From NCBI GenBank assembly GCA_951406725.2, contig OX597822.1:72664001-72728000 (forward strand): a DNA stretch of 64,000 bases, read 5' to 3'. The translations under genes were made by a program, and so were the position numbers. The notes under the pieces were generated by a model. It did no database searches. It was given only the letters and a program-made list of their open reading frames with translations, and was not told the origin of the DNA. This DNA is from Octopus vulgaris (taxonomy: Eukaryota). Below are positions 12,190 to 26,649 of this stretch, in pieces (position 1 is the stretch's first letter; each line of letters opens with the position of its first letter).

Positions 12190-14634
12190 TGATTATTCTA
12201 TGTAAATAAATGCATAAATTGTTGTTTATTTTATATTTGCGTCACGTACTCATAAACCTACACCTGCTCTGTGAAATACCTGCCTAGTTAAATGAGCTAC
12301 AAGATACTAAAACCGATATCGATAATATAAATACGCACAGACAATGATATGCTAACAACACCTGGAAATCTTGTAGATAGTGATTAAGCTAAATTAAATT
12401 AGCAGGGAATAAGTTGTGTGTCACAGTAGTTTGATAGAAAACCTCAGATCCTATTACATACATGTATATCTTCACGTTCCAGTGGGAAATTAAAATAACT
12501 TAACAGAGAATGTGCTCAGTCATTCACCCGATGTAATTAAGTTTCTGAAATATATTTGTGAAGTTTTCTATTACTTGAATTCTTGTAGTTTCCACTGTAA
12601 CCAGACTTTAACTTGTTTGCACTTGTCTAAGGGAGTGATAGAGAATATCAAATTAGTAAAGGAAATTGAAAAGATTCTCTGACTCTCTTATACAGGCTTA
12701 GGTTTTTGAAAAGATAAAATATTTTTTTCTTTCTTGTATAGGTTTCACTGGCCCAATTAAAGTTTATATTGTTTGGGCATTCATTTCTCTAACAGAACTG
12801 TATACACCTTAGATGATGTCGCCGAACTCTTTAATATGAAGCAAATTCCTATGAAATAAAAATATCCTTTGTTGTTTTATAAGAAGTCAGGAAACGGTTT
12901 GTGAAATTCAAATATGCACTTAATATGCGATTTGTTCGATGAAAACTCGTCAACATGGTGCCCCAGTAGTAAAGAATGTCTTTTTACCAGTCGATTATAC
13001 AAACGCCAATACTTTCCAAGAGCTTACTTGATAAAACTTGAATAAGCGAAACACATTTTCTACTACAGATTGGAACTCATAGTGTAACGCTATGCAACTA
13101 AATAATGCTAGGCATTTCATCTATCATCTCTCATATATCGATACTAAGGTTGTCAGTGCTGCTTTATACATCAATCATTATTCCAAAGGATACTGAATAT
13201 GAGGGCATATTACTTGTATTCCTACGTTTTATTAAGCTCTAAAGCGAAATCTAGATATGAAAATGGCTAAAATGCCTTAATGAACTATTACCAAAATACC
13301 GACGTCTTCAAGTCTTAAGTTATGCAACAAACATCAGAAAGAGTTTTAAGATATAAAGGAATTAGAATTATTTAAAGACGTTGGTCGTGGTGTACATGAA
13401 TCGACATACTACGTTTAGATTAAGATTTCTGTTTAGTAGAAATATAAAATATTCAGTTACCAACGATTTCCCTCAGAAACATATTCAACTTCTAGAAATT
13501 AATTTCCTGGCTTCTTATAAATCAACAAATATTATCTCTGCTTCATAAATAGGTAAGGATTTGTTTGCATTTATGCAGTTCGTCTTAGATGTGTAGTATC
13601 TTGTTGATAAAATGAATGTCCAGCCTTTCTATATTAAATTTAGCTGGGACGTGAAACCTGTATGAGAAAGAAAAAAAGAAAATGCATCAACTTTTCAATA
13701 ATCTAAAGCTATATAACTGTGTCAGAGAATCTTTCCAATTTCCTTTAGTAATTTGATTTTCTCTATGATTCGCTTGGATAAGAGCAAACAATAAGTTCAA
13801 ATCAGGTTACGGTGCAAAGTTGTGGAATTTAAATTACATAAAACTCAACAAATATGATGCCGGGACTGCGAATATATCAGGTGATTGACTCAAATTAGTT
13901 TGTAAATTCCTTAATTTCCCTTGGGGACGCTAAAATAAACACATATGTAATGAACCATTAAGGTTGCTATCGTAGAACACCTACACAAAGGAAATTCTCT
14001 TAAGACTATCTGTAGTTTGGAAAGTTCTAATACTATGTTTTAGATGGCGTTTTTAATGTTGTGCTGAAGTTGTCAGAGGAAGGTAGAGAGAAATGGCATG
14101 AGTGGTTGGGTGGCTGAAGAGAAGCAGGGAGTAAATACATGATGGAATGAAAACAAGCGTGGATTAGTGTGTGCTAGTTTGATATAAAGTGAACAGAAGA
14201 CAAATTTATGCCACAGAAAATAATTATAACTATTAGTACTACATTTTTAGTTTCTCACAGAGTCGTCGTGGCAACGTTATATGCAAGTAAACCCGCGCTG
14301 TTACCGAGTATACCACATTCTACACCAATAACTGAAACCGAACAAGACACTACAATGAAACGAAACCTTTCCAATTTAGCAATGGTGCGGCGTTTTGACC
14401 AACCATCCATCAATATTGTGAAATTTAACTAAGCTTGATTGATAAGTCCATTGATAGTCAAAAGATATGCTTCAATAACCGTGGTGTAGCGGTACGAATT
14501 GGCGCGACCTGCTTTTCTGAATTTCTAATACGTTAACGACTCCGCCAATGTAATATGTCAAATGTATAAGTGTAATCAAGCATTACCGTGCATATAACCA
14601 TGCAATGCCACATGGGGTAATTTTGGAGGCATGG

Positions 14635-14673
<39 letters not shown>

Positions 14674-14772
14674 CTGTGTGTGTGTGAGAGAGAGAGGGAG
14701 AGGGAAAGAGAAAGAGTGAGATTGATATTTAGATAGCTGTATCTATATAAGTATACGCGTCGATTTACGTAA

Positions 14773-14844
<72 letters not shown>

Positions 14845-14846
<2 letters not shown>

Positions 14847-17548
14847 TTTTTTATCCGAGCGGAGGCAATGCGAGCAACAACCACAGGAACATCAGAAAAT
14901 CTACAGAATGACAAAACACATACAAATCTTCATATACTCATTTATATCTATAAAGCCCGACATTTGAAAATTTTAAAATTTAGTAATATATAAATATATC
15001 ATGTAAAAATATCAATTTTGCATATAACACCTTGAATTTACCCTTAAAATATTTAGTATAAATGTGTTACAATAAGAGAAATAAATATAATAATAATAAT
15101 AATAATAAATAAAAATAAAACATACAAGGCATGTTAAAAGACGAATTAAAATTCTAGCGAACTGTAGATAGAAGATAATAATTATACAAGTTTACAACGA
15201 TACACAGAAGTCGATTACAAAGATACACAGAAGTCCATCCACGGGCCAATTAATATTATTAGACATATCAAATACTTAAAATTAGCACTTTCCTCATCAG
15301 GATGTCCTATACATACAACACAGTAAACGTAAACAAATAAACAATCACATACCGGCCATATTCAGAACCGTGACATTTGGTACTCCCAGAAAATTTTCTC
15401 CGAACCTGAATGCTACTTTATACGCATATAATTCGACCCAGCAGCCATTGTAAATGCTATGCACGCAGCGCCATCTGGACCATTTCACTTCTGAACTTAT
15501 TTTATTTTATTTTATTTTATTTTATTTCAATCTTTTAAATTCCCACATACATGCAAAGCCACAAATTCAGGTTTAATTCCTTGACACATTTTATACTAAT
15601 AGCTATTTTTTCTTTTAATAATTACATTACTTTAGCTTATTTCATTTACTACTTACTATGCTTACTAAATTTAATTCAATTGTTATTGCCTAGCTCTAAC
15701 TTTTATTGCTATTTCTATTTCTAAATTTCTTATGGAACGTCGAGTAGATCCTATGCGTACACGCTGGTATTGCATCAGTGAACTTATTTAACACTGCGTT
15801 GTTGTAATTTTTCAATATAGTATATGCTTCCCTAATGCATAAACCGCATCTAGTGGACCCAATTCTATAAGGGGAGGCATGCTCAAGGATAACCCATGAT
15901 ATTTTAAATTCAACATTTCTTTCCTTAAGGTCATTAACATGTAATGCCAAAGTTGTAGAGGTCCTATATTTAGAGATTGTTGAAAGAGCTCAGGTGGCAT
16001 CGGTACCTCTGCTTAAAATCTACTGTGCTTCCAATATATATTTTTCTCTGGCCTCCTTGAGCCTCAACACTACATTTTCCTGACGACAATTTCCGCTAAT
16101 CGGACATACTGATGGGTCCCTACAATTACATTTATTCAACCTGCTACGGGGTCTCATATTACTGATCACTCCGAAACCATGCCCCCTCCCAGTACTACGA
16201 TCCACCATATCATTTACACCATCGTTCGTACTATTTTCCGGTATATTTATTCTATTGTTATTCTTACTATTACCATCATTCTTATTCTTATTTTTATTTT
16301 TACTAATATTTTTATTGTCATTATCACTACAATTATTATTACCACCTTGATAATCATTATAATCACTAATATCATCACCAACATCATTATTATGATTATT
16401 TCTACTATTTGCATAATTTGTCATTCCAAGACGCCCTTCATAATCGATTTCATAAGACGTACTATTAATATTACTACTATCTTCTATGTCGTTAATGAAT
16501 TTTCCATTAAAGCTTCTGTCATCCTTTCTATCATTTTAGAGCGAAGCAATAATAGATCCGACATTGGGAGTTACTGAGTAGGCCAACTTGATTGTTGACT
16601 TGTTACATATTGAATAGTATTTATGGTGTTTTGGGAAATTTTCCTTTAATAACTTAAAAAATAGCTTTGGTAAACCTTTCACCCTTAATGGAAAGGAGGA
16701 CCAAACTAGGTAACTTGACGAATCCTAGACTTAGTATTTGTAATGGGATTACAATATGTTGCTTGACTTGATGTACTAAATGCAAGGCCATTCCTGTATC
16801 TATTAGTAATATGTATATTTTTATTTTTATTACTATTAGTATCATTCTTATTCCTATTTTCACCTTCATTAGACCTAAGCCCAACTTTAAACCTCAATTC
16901 ATGTTTATGATTCTTATTATTTGAAACCCCATCCCTCCCGTTGCTGTTATCATCCATGGTATTTTCATCATTACAATTCTCATTATTAACCTTATTAACG
17001 TAGTTACCATTTACAAAACCAACCACATTTATTTCTCTTATTTTCAAATCTCATTTTATCAGCATAAATATTGGTCATTATCAGCTTGGGGATCATGAGG
17101 GGAGCCTCTGCTATCAGAAATCCGTTTCATATCGTCGCTGACCATTCTGACCAATTTAATTTTTAATTTTGTATTGTGTATGTATTCAAAGTTATTTGTG
17201 AACCCACTCAATTTTAAGGCACTGTTGTATATTGGGGCATGTTGATTCAAGAGGTTTTCATTCGCCGATAGGTTTGAGATTCTGATAGAAATTGCAGTTA
17301 CAATGTTATTGATGGTTGATTTGGGATGATTTCAGGAAACATTGATATATTGGAAAGCTTGGTTTAGTTTTCGGAAAGCTAGGATTCAGATCGAGAGTGA
17401 CATCCAAGAAATTTGCCACTTTAGGATTATTCTCAAAAACGATGCTCAAATTACAAAAGTCCTTGAGAAATTCTCCAAGGTCTTTCTTCATTCTTTCAAT
17501 CTGTGGATTTTAATGATTAGAGACGATGAACAATGCATCATCCATATA
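14845..17548 (-). mobile_element. Penelope-like retroelement, 5'-truncated and decayed (RT C-half, linker, GIY-YIG endonuclease, 3' pseudo-LTR)
   Basis: Minus-strand motifs in order: YMDDALF (17548), [105 protein letters not shown]. Stops and frameshifts are present. Both ends lie in (TA)/(CA) tracts. Confidence 0.92.
15696..16140 (-). pseudogene. GIY-YIG endonuclease domain of the PLE
   Basis: Cys motif, YIGST..FK.R...H, C.LC..E...I and LN motifs spread over frameshifted ORFs 16020-16424 and 15696-15950. Confidence 0.88.
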
Positions 17549-17575
17549 TGTGTATATATACATACATACATAAAT

Positions 17576-17662
<87 letters not shown>

Positions 17663-17741
17663 TACATACATATATATGTGTGTGTGTGTATGTGTACGGT
17701 AGATTCTGAACTCAATTAATACCTCAGACCCAATCATGCGA

Positions 17742-18184
17742 GTGCCAATTGTAAGTATATGATATGTCTAATAATATTAATTGGCGCGTCTCCGAAACGG
17801 CCCGTAGATGGACTTCTGTGTATCTTTGTGAACATATATTTTTGTAAACTTGTATAATTATTATCTTCTATGTACATTTCGCTAGAATTTTAATTCGTCT
17901 TTTAATATGCCTTGTTTGCTTTATTTTTATTTATAATTATTATTATTATAATTATTTCTCTTATCGTAACAAATTTATACTAAATGTTTTAAGCGTAAAT
18001 TCAAGGTGTTATATGCAAAATTGATATTTTTACATGATATATTTATATATTACTAAATTTAAAAATTTTTAAATGTCGGGCTTTATAGATATAAATAAGT
18101 ATATGAAGATTTGTATGTGTTTGGTCATTCTGTGGATTTTCTGATGTTCCTGTGTTTGTTGCTCCCCCTCGGATAAAAAAGTGT
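17742..18184 (+). repeat. Inverted copy of the PLE pseudo-LTR (partner 14845-15290)
   Basis: Reverse complement aligns over about 440 bp. ORF tracks 14793+ and 18043- share TGTSEN.QND.THTNLHILIYIYKARHLKI.KFSNI. Confidence 0.92.
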
Positions 18185-18267
18185 ATACAGCTCATTAGAG
18201 AACTTCTATTTCCAGTCCGTTGTATATCTTGAGCGTTGTTGTCACTCAAGATATAAATTTATATTTC

Positions 18268-18394
<127 letters not shown>

Positions 18395-18446
18395 CATACA
18401 TATATATATATACATATATATATACATGTATATATATATATACATG

Positions 18447-18478
<32 letters not shown>

Positions 18479-18525
18479 CATATACATACATACATACATA
18501 TATATATATGTATATATATATATAT

Positions 18526-18940
18526 CTTTTACTCTTTTACTTGTTTCAGTCATTTGACTGCGGCCATGCTGGAGCACCGCCTGTAATCGAGCAACTCGAC
18601 CCCGGGACTTATTCTTTTTGTAAGCCCAGTACTTATTCTATCGGTCTCTTTTTGCCGAACTGCTAAGTAACCGGGACATAAACACACCAGCATGGGTTGT
18701 CAAGCAATGCTAGGGGGACAAACACAGACACACAAACACACACACGCATATATATATATATATATATACATATATACGACGGGCTTCTTTCAGTTTCTGT
18801 CTACCAAATCCACTCACAAGGCTTTGGTCGGCCCGAGGCTATAGTAGAAGACACTTGCCCAATGTGCCACGCAGTGGGACTGAACCCAGAACCATGTGGT
18901 TGGTAAACAAGCTACTTACCATACTGCCACTCCTGCGCCT
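18526..18940 (-). mobile_element. SINE family A, full length, young
   Basis: Complete head to (CTTTTA)n tail, embedded in (TA)n. Confidence 0.92.
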
Positions 18941-18951
18941 ATATATATGTA

Positions 18952-19026
<75 letters not shown>

Positions 19027-19051
19027 ATATACATGCATACATATATATATA

Positions 19052-19117
<66 letters not shown>

Positions 19118-19592
19118 CATATATATGTGTGTGTATGTGTACGGTAGATATTCTGAACCCAATTAATACCTCAGACCCAATCATGCGAGTGCATATATTT
19201 ATACTACTATTGATGTGTTAGTACAGTGTATATTGTTACTGTATACATGCCGATACATGTTTACGTGTAAACGAATTTCATGTTAATCAACGTAAACCTA
19301 AATACAATTGATATCTAGAAAACTGTTTCTCTGTAACATATTTCTAACATCTGTTGATGCTTCGGAATCAATAATTTCCACAAAGTTTGCTGTTTATGAA
19401 CCAAAAACCAATGCATATTTAATTCGCGTAAACACTCGTTATAAATTCTACATCCTAACATTAAGCTGTAATTAACGTCCCATTTGCTACCGTATTATTT
19501 CACCAGCTTATTTCAGCCTAAACAACCAGTATGTTTATGAATCATTAATGTACTAAATGCCATCTCTATCATTACATCTTGCTTTCTTCTCA

Positions 19593-19635
<43 letters not shown>

Positions 19636-20091
19636 TGGTTTTCAGTATTCCATCAACATTTTGTATTTTAGTACACAGCAAAATTGATTTATGTAGCGAT
19701 GTACAACCTTATTTTTGTATTTGATAAATTACTAATGTTTCTTTATTTGTTGCACTGTAAATTGGCAACAGCCAGAATTTCGTTCGCCATTTGTAATTTG
19801 CTTCATAATTGCTAATATTTTAAGAATCAACAAATTGTATTCATTCAAAATATTGATTCCGAATCAATGACAACGAATCAAAACAGGTTATTGTGTGTAT
19901 GTGTGTGTGTGCCCGCACACTTCATATGTATATGAATACATGCATTATAAACACAGAAACACACACACATATATACAAATATATGAATACGCACACACAC
20001 ATACACACATATAAGTATACACATACATACATATACACATATTTACATATTTTTATACATATACATGCATACATAATGAATACACAAACAT

Positions 20092-20196
<105 letters not shown>

Positions 20197-20696
20197 TTGT
20201 ATGTATGTATTCGTTCAGTTGAAATAATGATATCGAGCTTTCCTTTTATGGGCTACAACACTTCAAGGGAGACATGAGATGCAATCTCAAAATTGGATGT
20301 TAGGAAACAATAGGAGATGTACATTTAGGGATGTTGCATGTTTAACTGCATCCAATTCTCTGCGAAATCACTGGACATTTTATGTTATGCTCTATTCTCT
20401 AATAGCTGTAATTAGTAAATCCTGAGCAAATTATGTCCACATGGCGTCATGTCGTGAGCTATTTATATCCAGATGTCTTTATTATCACAGTCATGATAAA
20501 GACTTATGATCTAGTGGTCAGATCGCTACACTAATAACAACGTGGCTGTGGGATCTATTCCTCTCGGGTCCTGGTGCCAATGAACACAGCACAGACTTTC
20601 ACACCGTTCCAGTCTGCTTGTCTAAAAAATGAGTACCTGCTGAGTACAAGTAAGCAAGTAAGTGCACAAACTAGCGCCGGGTTACTTACAAGGCCT

Positions 20697-20904
20697 AGTA
20701 GGACAAACACACACACAAACACACACATCTATATCCATATATACGCCGGGCATTCAATCAATTTTCATCTACCAAATCCCATTTATCAATGCATTTGTCG
20801 GCATGGGGTTATATAGTGGATACTTACCTAAGGTGCCGTGCAGTGCGACTGAGCCCGCAATCAAGTGGTTGCAAAATGAGCTTCTTAACCACACAGTCAT
20901 GCCT
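20697..20904 (-). mobile_element. SINE family A 5' half, diverged
   Basis: TCTACCAAATCC..CCTAAGGTGCCGTGCAGTGCGACTGAGCCC..ACCACACAGTCATGCCTG. Confidence 0.7.
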
Positions 20905-21344
20905 GGGTATCTGGTCTCTTTTACTTTCAACGTTGACGTCCAGTTGAAAGCTTCAAGATCAATAGTGTTATCAGTAGTATGGCGAAGTGGTTTCTGGATT
21001 GATGAAAACTCAGAACAGAGAAGTGATGAACATCGAAAGCATTATAATAACAATGTTATACGTTAACATACAACTCGATGCCATCGCCAGGTAGCTCCCT
21101 AAATCAAAATTTTATCAGATTGAAATTCTATTTTCTATGAAAAGGGTGAAAGACAAAATATTCAGGAGCGACAAATTTCAAAAAGGCAATGTTTATATCC
21201 ATCATAAAATGAATGTTTAGTTAGAGCAACAAAGCCTATCTCATTTACCTCGAGAGGATCTCTCATATGGATGCATGGTGCCTAAAACACACATATTCAT
21301 ATCGGAGGCAGATGAGAGCCGTCTTCTACGGTGGCCGGAACTGC

Positions 21345-21515
21345 TAAATCACGTCCTCGAAACTTGGGGGTTCGACAAAAAGAAACCGATAGAATAAGTA
21401 CAAAGATAAAAAAAAACAATAAGTACTTGGGTTGATTCATTCGAATAAAAATTCTTAATGCGGTATCCCAGCAAGGCCGCAGTCTAATGACTGGAACAAG
21501 CAAAAGATAAAGATA
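21345..21515 (+). mobile_element. SINE family A 3' tail, diverged
   Basis: CCGATAGAATAAGTAC...CCCAGCAAGGCCGCAGTCTAATGACTGGAACAAGCAAAAGA. Confidence 0.7.
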
Positions 21516-24500
21516 AAAAACAGTTCTCTATATCGAATAAAATGGATAGCATTTCCATGACTAACATTTCTGTGAACATAAGCCTGCTTAATCTGAATCG
21601 GCCATGATCTAATAATGAACAGCAAACCTCACACAGCATACGAACTAGTGACTTTCTTGCTAGATTTCCCGTTTTCACTTCATTCACCATCTAATTCCCA
21701 ACTTCCTTTTTATAATTCATTTTTCGAATGACTAAACATTTTAAATCATTTCTAGAAATAACGAATGCACCTCCCGCAGTCTTTAATCCCCAATCCAAAC
21801 ATTCATCAGTTTATAATAGAAAATACTTAAAATCATTACAACAGTTCATGCATGAAATAAAAAAAATAAAGAATTTCGTCTCGTAAGTCTACTGCATCTG
21901 TACGGATGTAGATATATGCACAACGCTTGAATAAACAGTGTGTCCTCAAGTTTATTTTTCTCATTGAAGAAACCAAACTGCAAGTTGGTATTAAAACATA
22001 AGTAACTGAACCTTTGACCTATTCGCCTCAGTAAGATTAAATGGAGTAGACAGTAATTATGGCGAACGTGATTTTCAGTCAACGAAGGACGAGCCATAAT
22101 ATTAAGTAAGCTTAGTTATTTGACAAGTATAATGATAACTACTAAACAGAGCGAATCAATAGAGTGAATAATCAAATTTAAAGTGAGGGGAAGATTGCGT
22201 TACATCCGTCTCTGACAAGGAGAAAATGCTACTGCCTAAACAGAAATGGCCCTTTGCACTTAAAGTACACGGCGCTCTAAAATCAATTTACTACATACAG
22301 CGTAAATCTAGTGATCGATAAGTGTATCACATATACATACTCTCTCTTAAAAGAGGTTTTATTACGACCAACATCAGCTATTTCTTCAAGGAAAATGTAT
22401 AAGTATTTAAAGGCCTGTAATTTTAGGTATACTTACAGTTTTGAAACTTGAACTACTTTTAAGAATATTACCTGAGATAGTATAAATGCTTTATAGTATT
22501 TTGTTCTGTTCATCTATATTCTGAGATGAAATCCTGTTATCTAATTTGTTTTTCAGCCTGGGTTCAATAAATATGTACAAATATACGAGAGCCATTAGAA
22601 GAGATTATAATCACTTCACTGCAGCAATCATCAATGTACCTAATTAAGAATTCCGTATTACTATGTGGGAAGCAGAGAACAGAAGAGTCCAGTCTGTGAA
22701 TCGGTTTCCTTTCTTGGCGGAGGTCTTTTTTTCTTTTATAAAAGTAATACAGAGGAAAACGTATGAAATTCGCAGCACCTATCACGTTGTTTTCATTAGT
22801 AAATTGCAGAAACAAAACCGCAATGAGTAGTTGGTCTTTAAACCGACCTGTATGTATCTGGGAAAAAGATTTTACAATTAGTCATTTCTAATTCACAAGT
22901 ACTTTTATTTCGAGTAGAGTAGATTCTGAAAAAGCTTCATTGCTTTCCTAAGTTTCTAAACTGTAGAACCGTGTGAAATGGATTTAACAAGTAATCGAAA
23001 TGATTCCCCCTCTACTTAGAGATATTTGTCATCTCTAAATGCTTTTGATTTTAGAGGAGAAGGAATTTCAGTAATTAATCTAAGTAATTAATTTTGAACT
23101 GAAGTCAGACATATTCATAAACTTATTTAAGCAATTTAATGTTCTAAGCATTTAAGCGTGCGATGTTATGAAACTGTATAATTGTTGATTAGTTTTCGCC
23201 TAGCAGAAAGAAAATTTTCAAGAGAAAGTGGCGTATTTAATCAACCGAATGAACTCTGATGTATAACTCTTACTTGTTTCAACGATGAAATACAAAGTTA
23301 ACCCACGGTGGTTCGTAATAAAAAGAAAATACATTAATTTAGCAGAACGTTCTACTTGAAATAAATCACCTTCTAATGGCACTAACATTCGCTAAGAACA
23401 TTGTGCCATCGAACTAAACTTTCGTGTATCAGTTATAGCAAACACAGTTGCGTATATAGCATGCAGAAGGGTTAAGAGCCAATTAGATATGTACCTGTAT
23501 ATAGTCCACAGAAGTGATGGAATTACAGAAACGGTAATTAGAAGACATGGAAACGAGCTTCAAGTGGCATTGTAAACGTGTCCATGATTAGAAACATCAT
23601 TAACATTAACGCTCATGGTTCCTGCTTCACATTCTTACGTCATATTAAAGTGGAACAAAAAGAGAGTTTTAATAAAGTGTAAGAATAATCACAGAGAAAT
23701 AGAAATTTAGTTTTGAATACAAGATTTTGCGAGTGTGTGGTAGAATGTTGCTTATCAAATGACGTTGAATATTAGGACAGAATTTTGGCTGTCCCTGGAT
23801 AGTAATACTAAGAGGTAAAACCTTGTAGAATGCTCCGGAAAGCTAGCCCGCAATTATTGGCTGTCTGATGTCATCATACAGTGGAAATGCTTCTCCTGTC
23901 GGATATACATCCGGAATTCCTTAGTATCCTTAGAATTTATATAAATGGATAAATGATAGAATATGGAATAAGTGACATACTTTATTTGAAATCACAAAAT
24001 TTTTTCAAAACCAGCAGTAATTAGGTGAGATGTTGCGTAAACATTATCCAATGTATAAATGCATCCCCTCACATAATTGCTCTTTGTTAGATACAACCAT
24101 CATTTCACTTAGTGTGAGGATGCTTACCCATTTTCTATCATTTATCTAAGTATCTATGTATATCTATCTTTATTTCCCCTCTGTCTGTGTCTGTATGTCT
24201 GTCCCTCTCTCATATATATAATAATTCATATGAGGGAAAGCACATATGCTTGTATATAATTACGTAGCTAAGTAACAGAAAATGAAATGCATGTGACATT
24301 GCTACAATTACAATGATTATACGAATCTTCATAATAGTTATGTTTCTATGCTAAGCTCTGCTACGGATTATAACTATAATAGAGTTTATACAATGCTGAA
24401 TGGATAGATGGATGTAAACAACTTTACACACTGAATCTTTAGATACTGTATGTTCCAAGTCATCTTTAACTGTCCACATGAACACTGCTTATATTCTAAT

Positions 24501-24739
24501 TACTACTAAGAGCTTGAGTAAATAACGTTGATCAATTTGCATATATGACGCATTCTTAATAGATTATTCTATCTCATTTACTTAAGCTTCTTAGTAGAAG
24601 TGGATTAATTAAGCAGTGTCGCGATGGTCGAGTAAAGAGAAAAGGTCTTATCACAAGACTGATATTAATTCGGTGGAATATTATTGCAGTCCACAAATAT
24701 TTTAACGAAAGACAACCTATTTACAAATGTCTATATATA

Positions 24740-25116
24740 TTGGTTTGAACTTTTGGCACAAGGCCAACAAGTTCGGCATAGGAGTAAGGCTGTTAAATTG
24801 ACTCAAGATTTCAGCTGGTATTTATTTTTTCGACTGCAAATGGAATGAAGTGCAAAGTCGACCATGGCGGAATTTCAACCCAGAACGTAATGACTGATGA
24901 AATACCTATTTCTTTACTGCCCACAAGGGGCTAAACACAGAAGGGACAAAGAAGGAAAGACAGACGGATGAAGTCGGTTATATCGATCCTAGTGCGTAAC
25001 TGCTACTTATTTAATCGACCCCAAAGGACGAAAGGCAAAGTCGACCTTAGGCGGAATTTGAACTCAGAACGTAACGGCAGACTAATACGGCTACGCATTT
25101 CGTCCGGCATGCTAAT
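24740..25116 (-). mobile_element. SINE family B dimer
   Basis: Two AAAGTCGACC..GGCGGAATTT..CAGAACGTAA units joined at GAAATACCTATTTCTTTACT. Confidence 0.85.
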
Positions 25117-25505
25117 CATTGTATTCTATTGCAGAGTTCAGTAATAAAATAAAACAGTAAACGCTCCGGTGCTTTACCGATAGTTATATAATTGGGTTCG
25201 AATATATTGTGTAATAAGTATTCAACTAAAAAAAGAAACGGAAGTTGTTCTATTACCAAAACGTAGATACTCGATATTTTGTTACCATATTTCTGTTGAA
25301 AAACTGGTTTTGCTGCGATTGGCTTTACAAATGACGAATTTAGTAGAATACATTTGTCAGATGTGACTGTGTGGGAAACATTTGCTTCCAAACAATATGA
25401 TACCCTCTTCAGTTAGCGTAGTCTAATATACCCACTTGGAAATGGTAGTTGGAAACTGAAAGATATCCGTCTTATGTATTTATAATAGTAGATTCTAGTT
25501 CCATT

Positions 25506-25583
<78 letters not shown>

Positions 25584-25602
25584 TATATATATATACACAC
25601 AC

Positions 25603-25655
<53 letters not shown>

Positions 25656-25675
25656 CACACACACATATATATATA

Positions 25676-25826
25676 TCTTTCCTTCTCCTTGTTTCCGACG
25701 AAGAGCTCCGCTTGAAACGTTAAACCCTCCTTCCCTTCTTTCCTGAGCGTCAAATAATACTTTAATTGCTCCACGTCCTCGCGTTGCTGTGTTTTTTTCT
25801 GTGTTTTCTTGTTTGGATTAACTTTA
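25676..25826 (+). mobile_element. PLE pseudo-LTR-like fragment with minimal hammerhead motif (25691-25725)
   Basis: GTTT-CCGACGA-A-GAGC-TCC-GCTT-GAAA-CGT-TA-AAC has type-I hammerhead layout with a U4>C change. It is followed by CCTGAGCG..AATAC as in the 59281 and 49997 elements. Confidence 0.65.
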
Positions 25827-25828
25827 TA

Positions 25829-26333
25829 TCTATATATATAAAACTCTAGTTGTGTGAGTGTCTGTCCCCTTCGATTTAGATTCCTAACTCCTCCCACATT
25901 TTGCGATGCAGTTTAACCAAATTCGGGTATCTTATAGTCGTGATTCATATCGAGCCCGTCTGACTATTAGCGCGCGTCAACGATGAGTCTACGATTTTAA
26001 AAATAATTTAACATCATTTTTTATTCCATTTTAATGCATAAAATGCATCGTATGTCGATGGCGGCGGAGTTGGCGTCCACGCTCACAGCTGCAACTGTTT
26101 GCTTCTCCCCTTCCCTCCCTCGGGAAGCTGTGGGGAAGGGAGTGTAAAGAAATCAACGTCGTAATGCATTGTGAAGGAAACCAGCGTTCTTTTAGAACAA
26201 CGACTTCATGGCTTGAAGACACCAAAACAAAAATGGCTAAGAAAGCCCAAATTTATAAGGGAAGTAACTCTCTAAAAATGCTTATATAGTTATTTCCCTT
26301 ACAAACCCGAGCAACGCCGGGCGATACTGCTAG
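25829..26333 (+). mobile_element. Non-autonomous Helitron, apparently complete (505 bp)
   Basis: 5' A|TCTATATATATAAAA. 3' GC-rich hairpin CCCGAGCAACGCCGGG (26306-26321) a few bases before CTAG|T. Inserted between A and T with no TSD. Confidence 0.85.
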
Positions 26334-26614
26334 TATATATATATATGCATATCTATACATATATGTGTATATAAAATAATAAGAGTGAAAACTTGAATAT
26401 TAATTTAATTTATATCAATTTAAAACTAGTGGTCTAGCATATTGAAAAATCTGAAGATTCAGTAAAATTTTATTACATACATATGAGGGATGACCACTAA
26501 GTGGACATCCATTATGCCAGAAGTAGACCCCTTATTGCCTTAACACTAAGAAAGGATTGGTCTCAAGAAAATTTAGCAAACGCCAGAACGGATTAATACT
26601 AAACGTTTTGGATA

Positions 26615-26649
<35 letters not shown>

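Noticed and set aside
14478-14515. tRNA-like A box (GTGGTGTAGCGGT)
   Set aside because: No B box or cloverleaf follows.
22545-22855. Exon between CTAAT..TTTTCAG acceptor and GTATGT donor
   Set aside because: No long open frame or recognisable peptide, and such sites are frequent by chance in AT-rich DNA.
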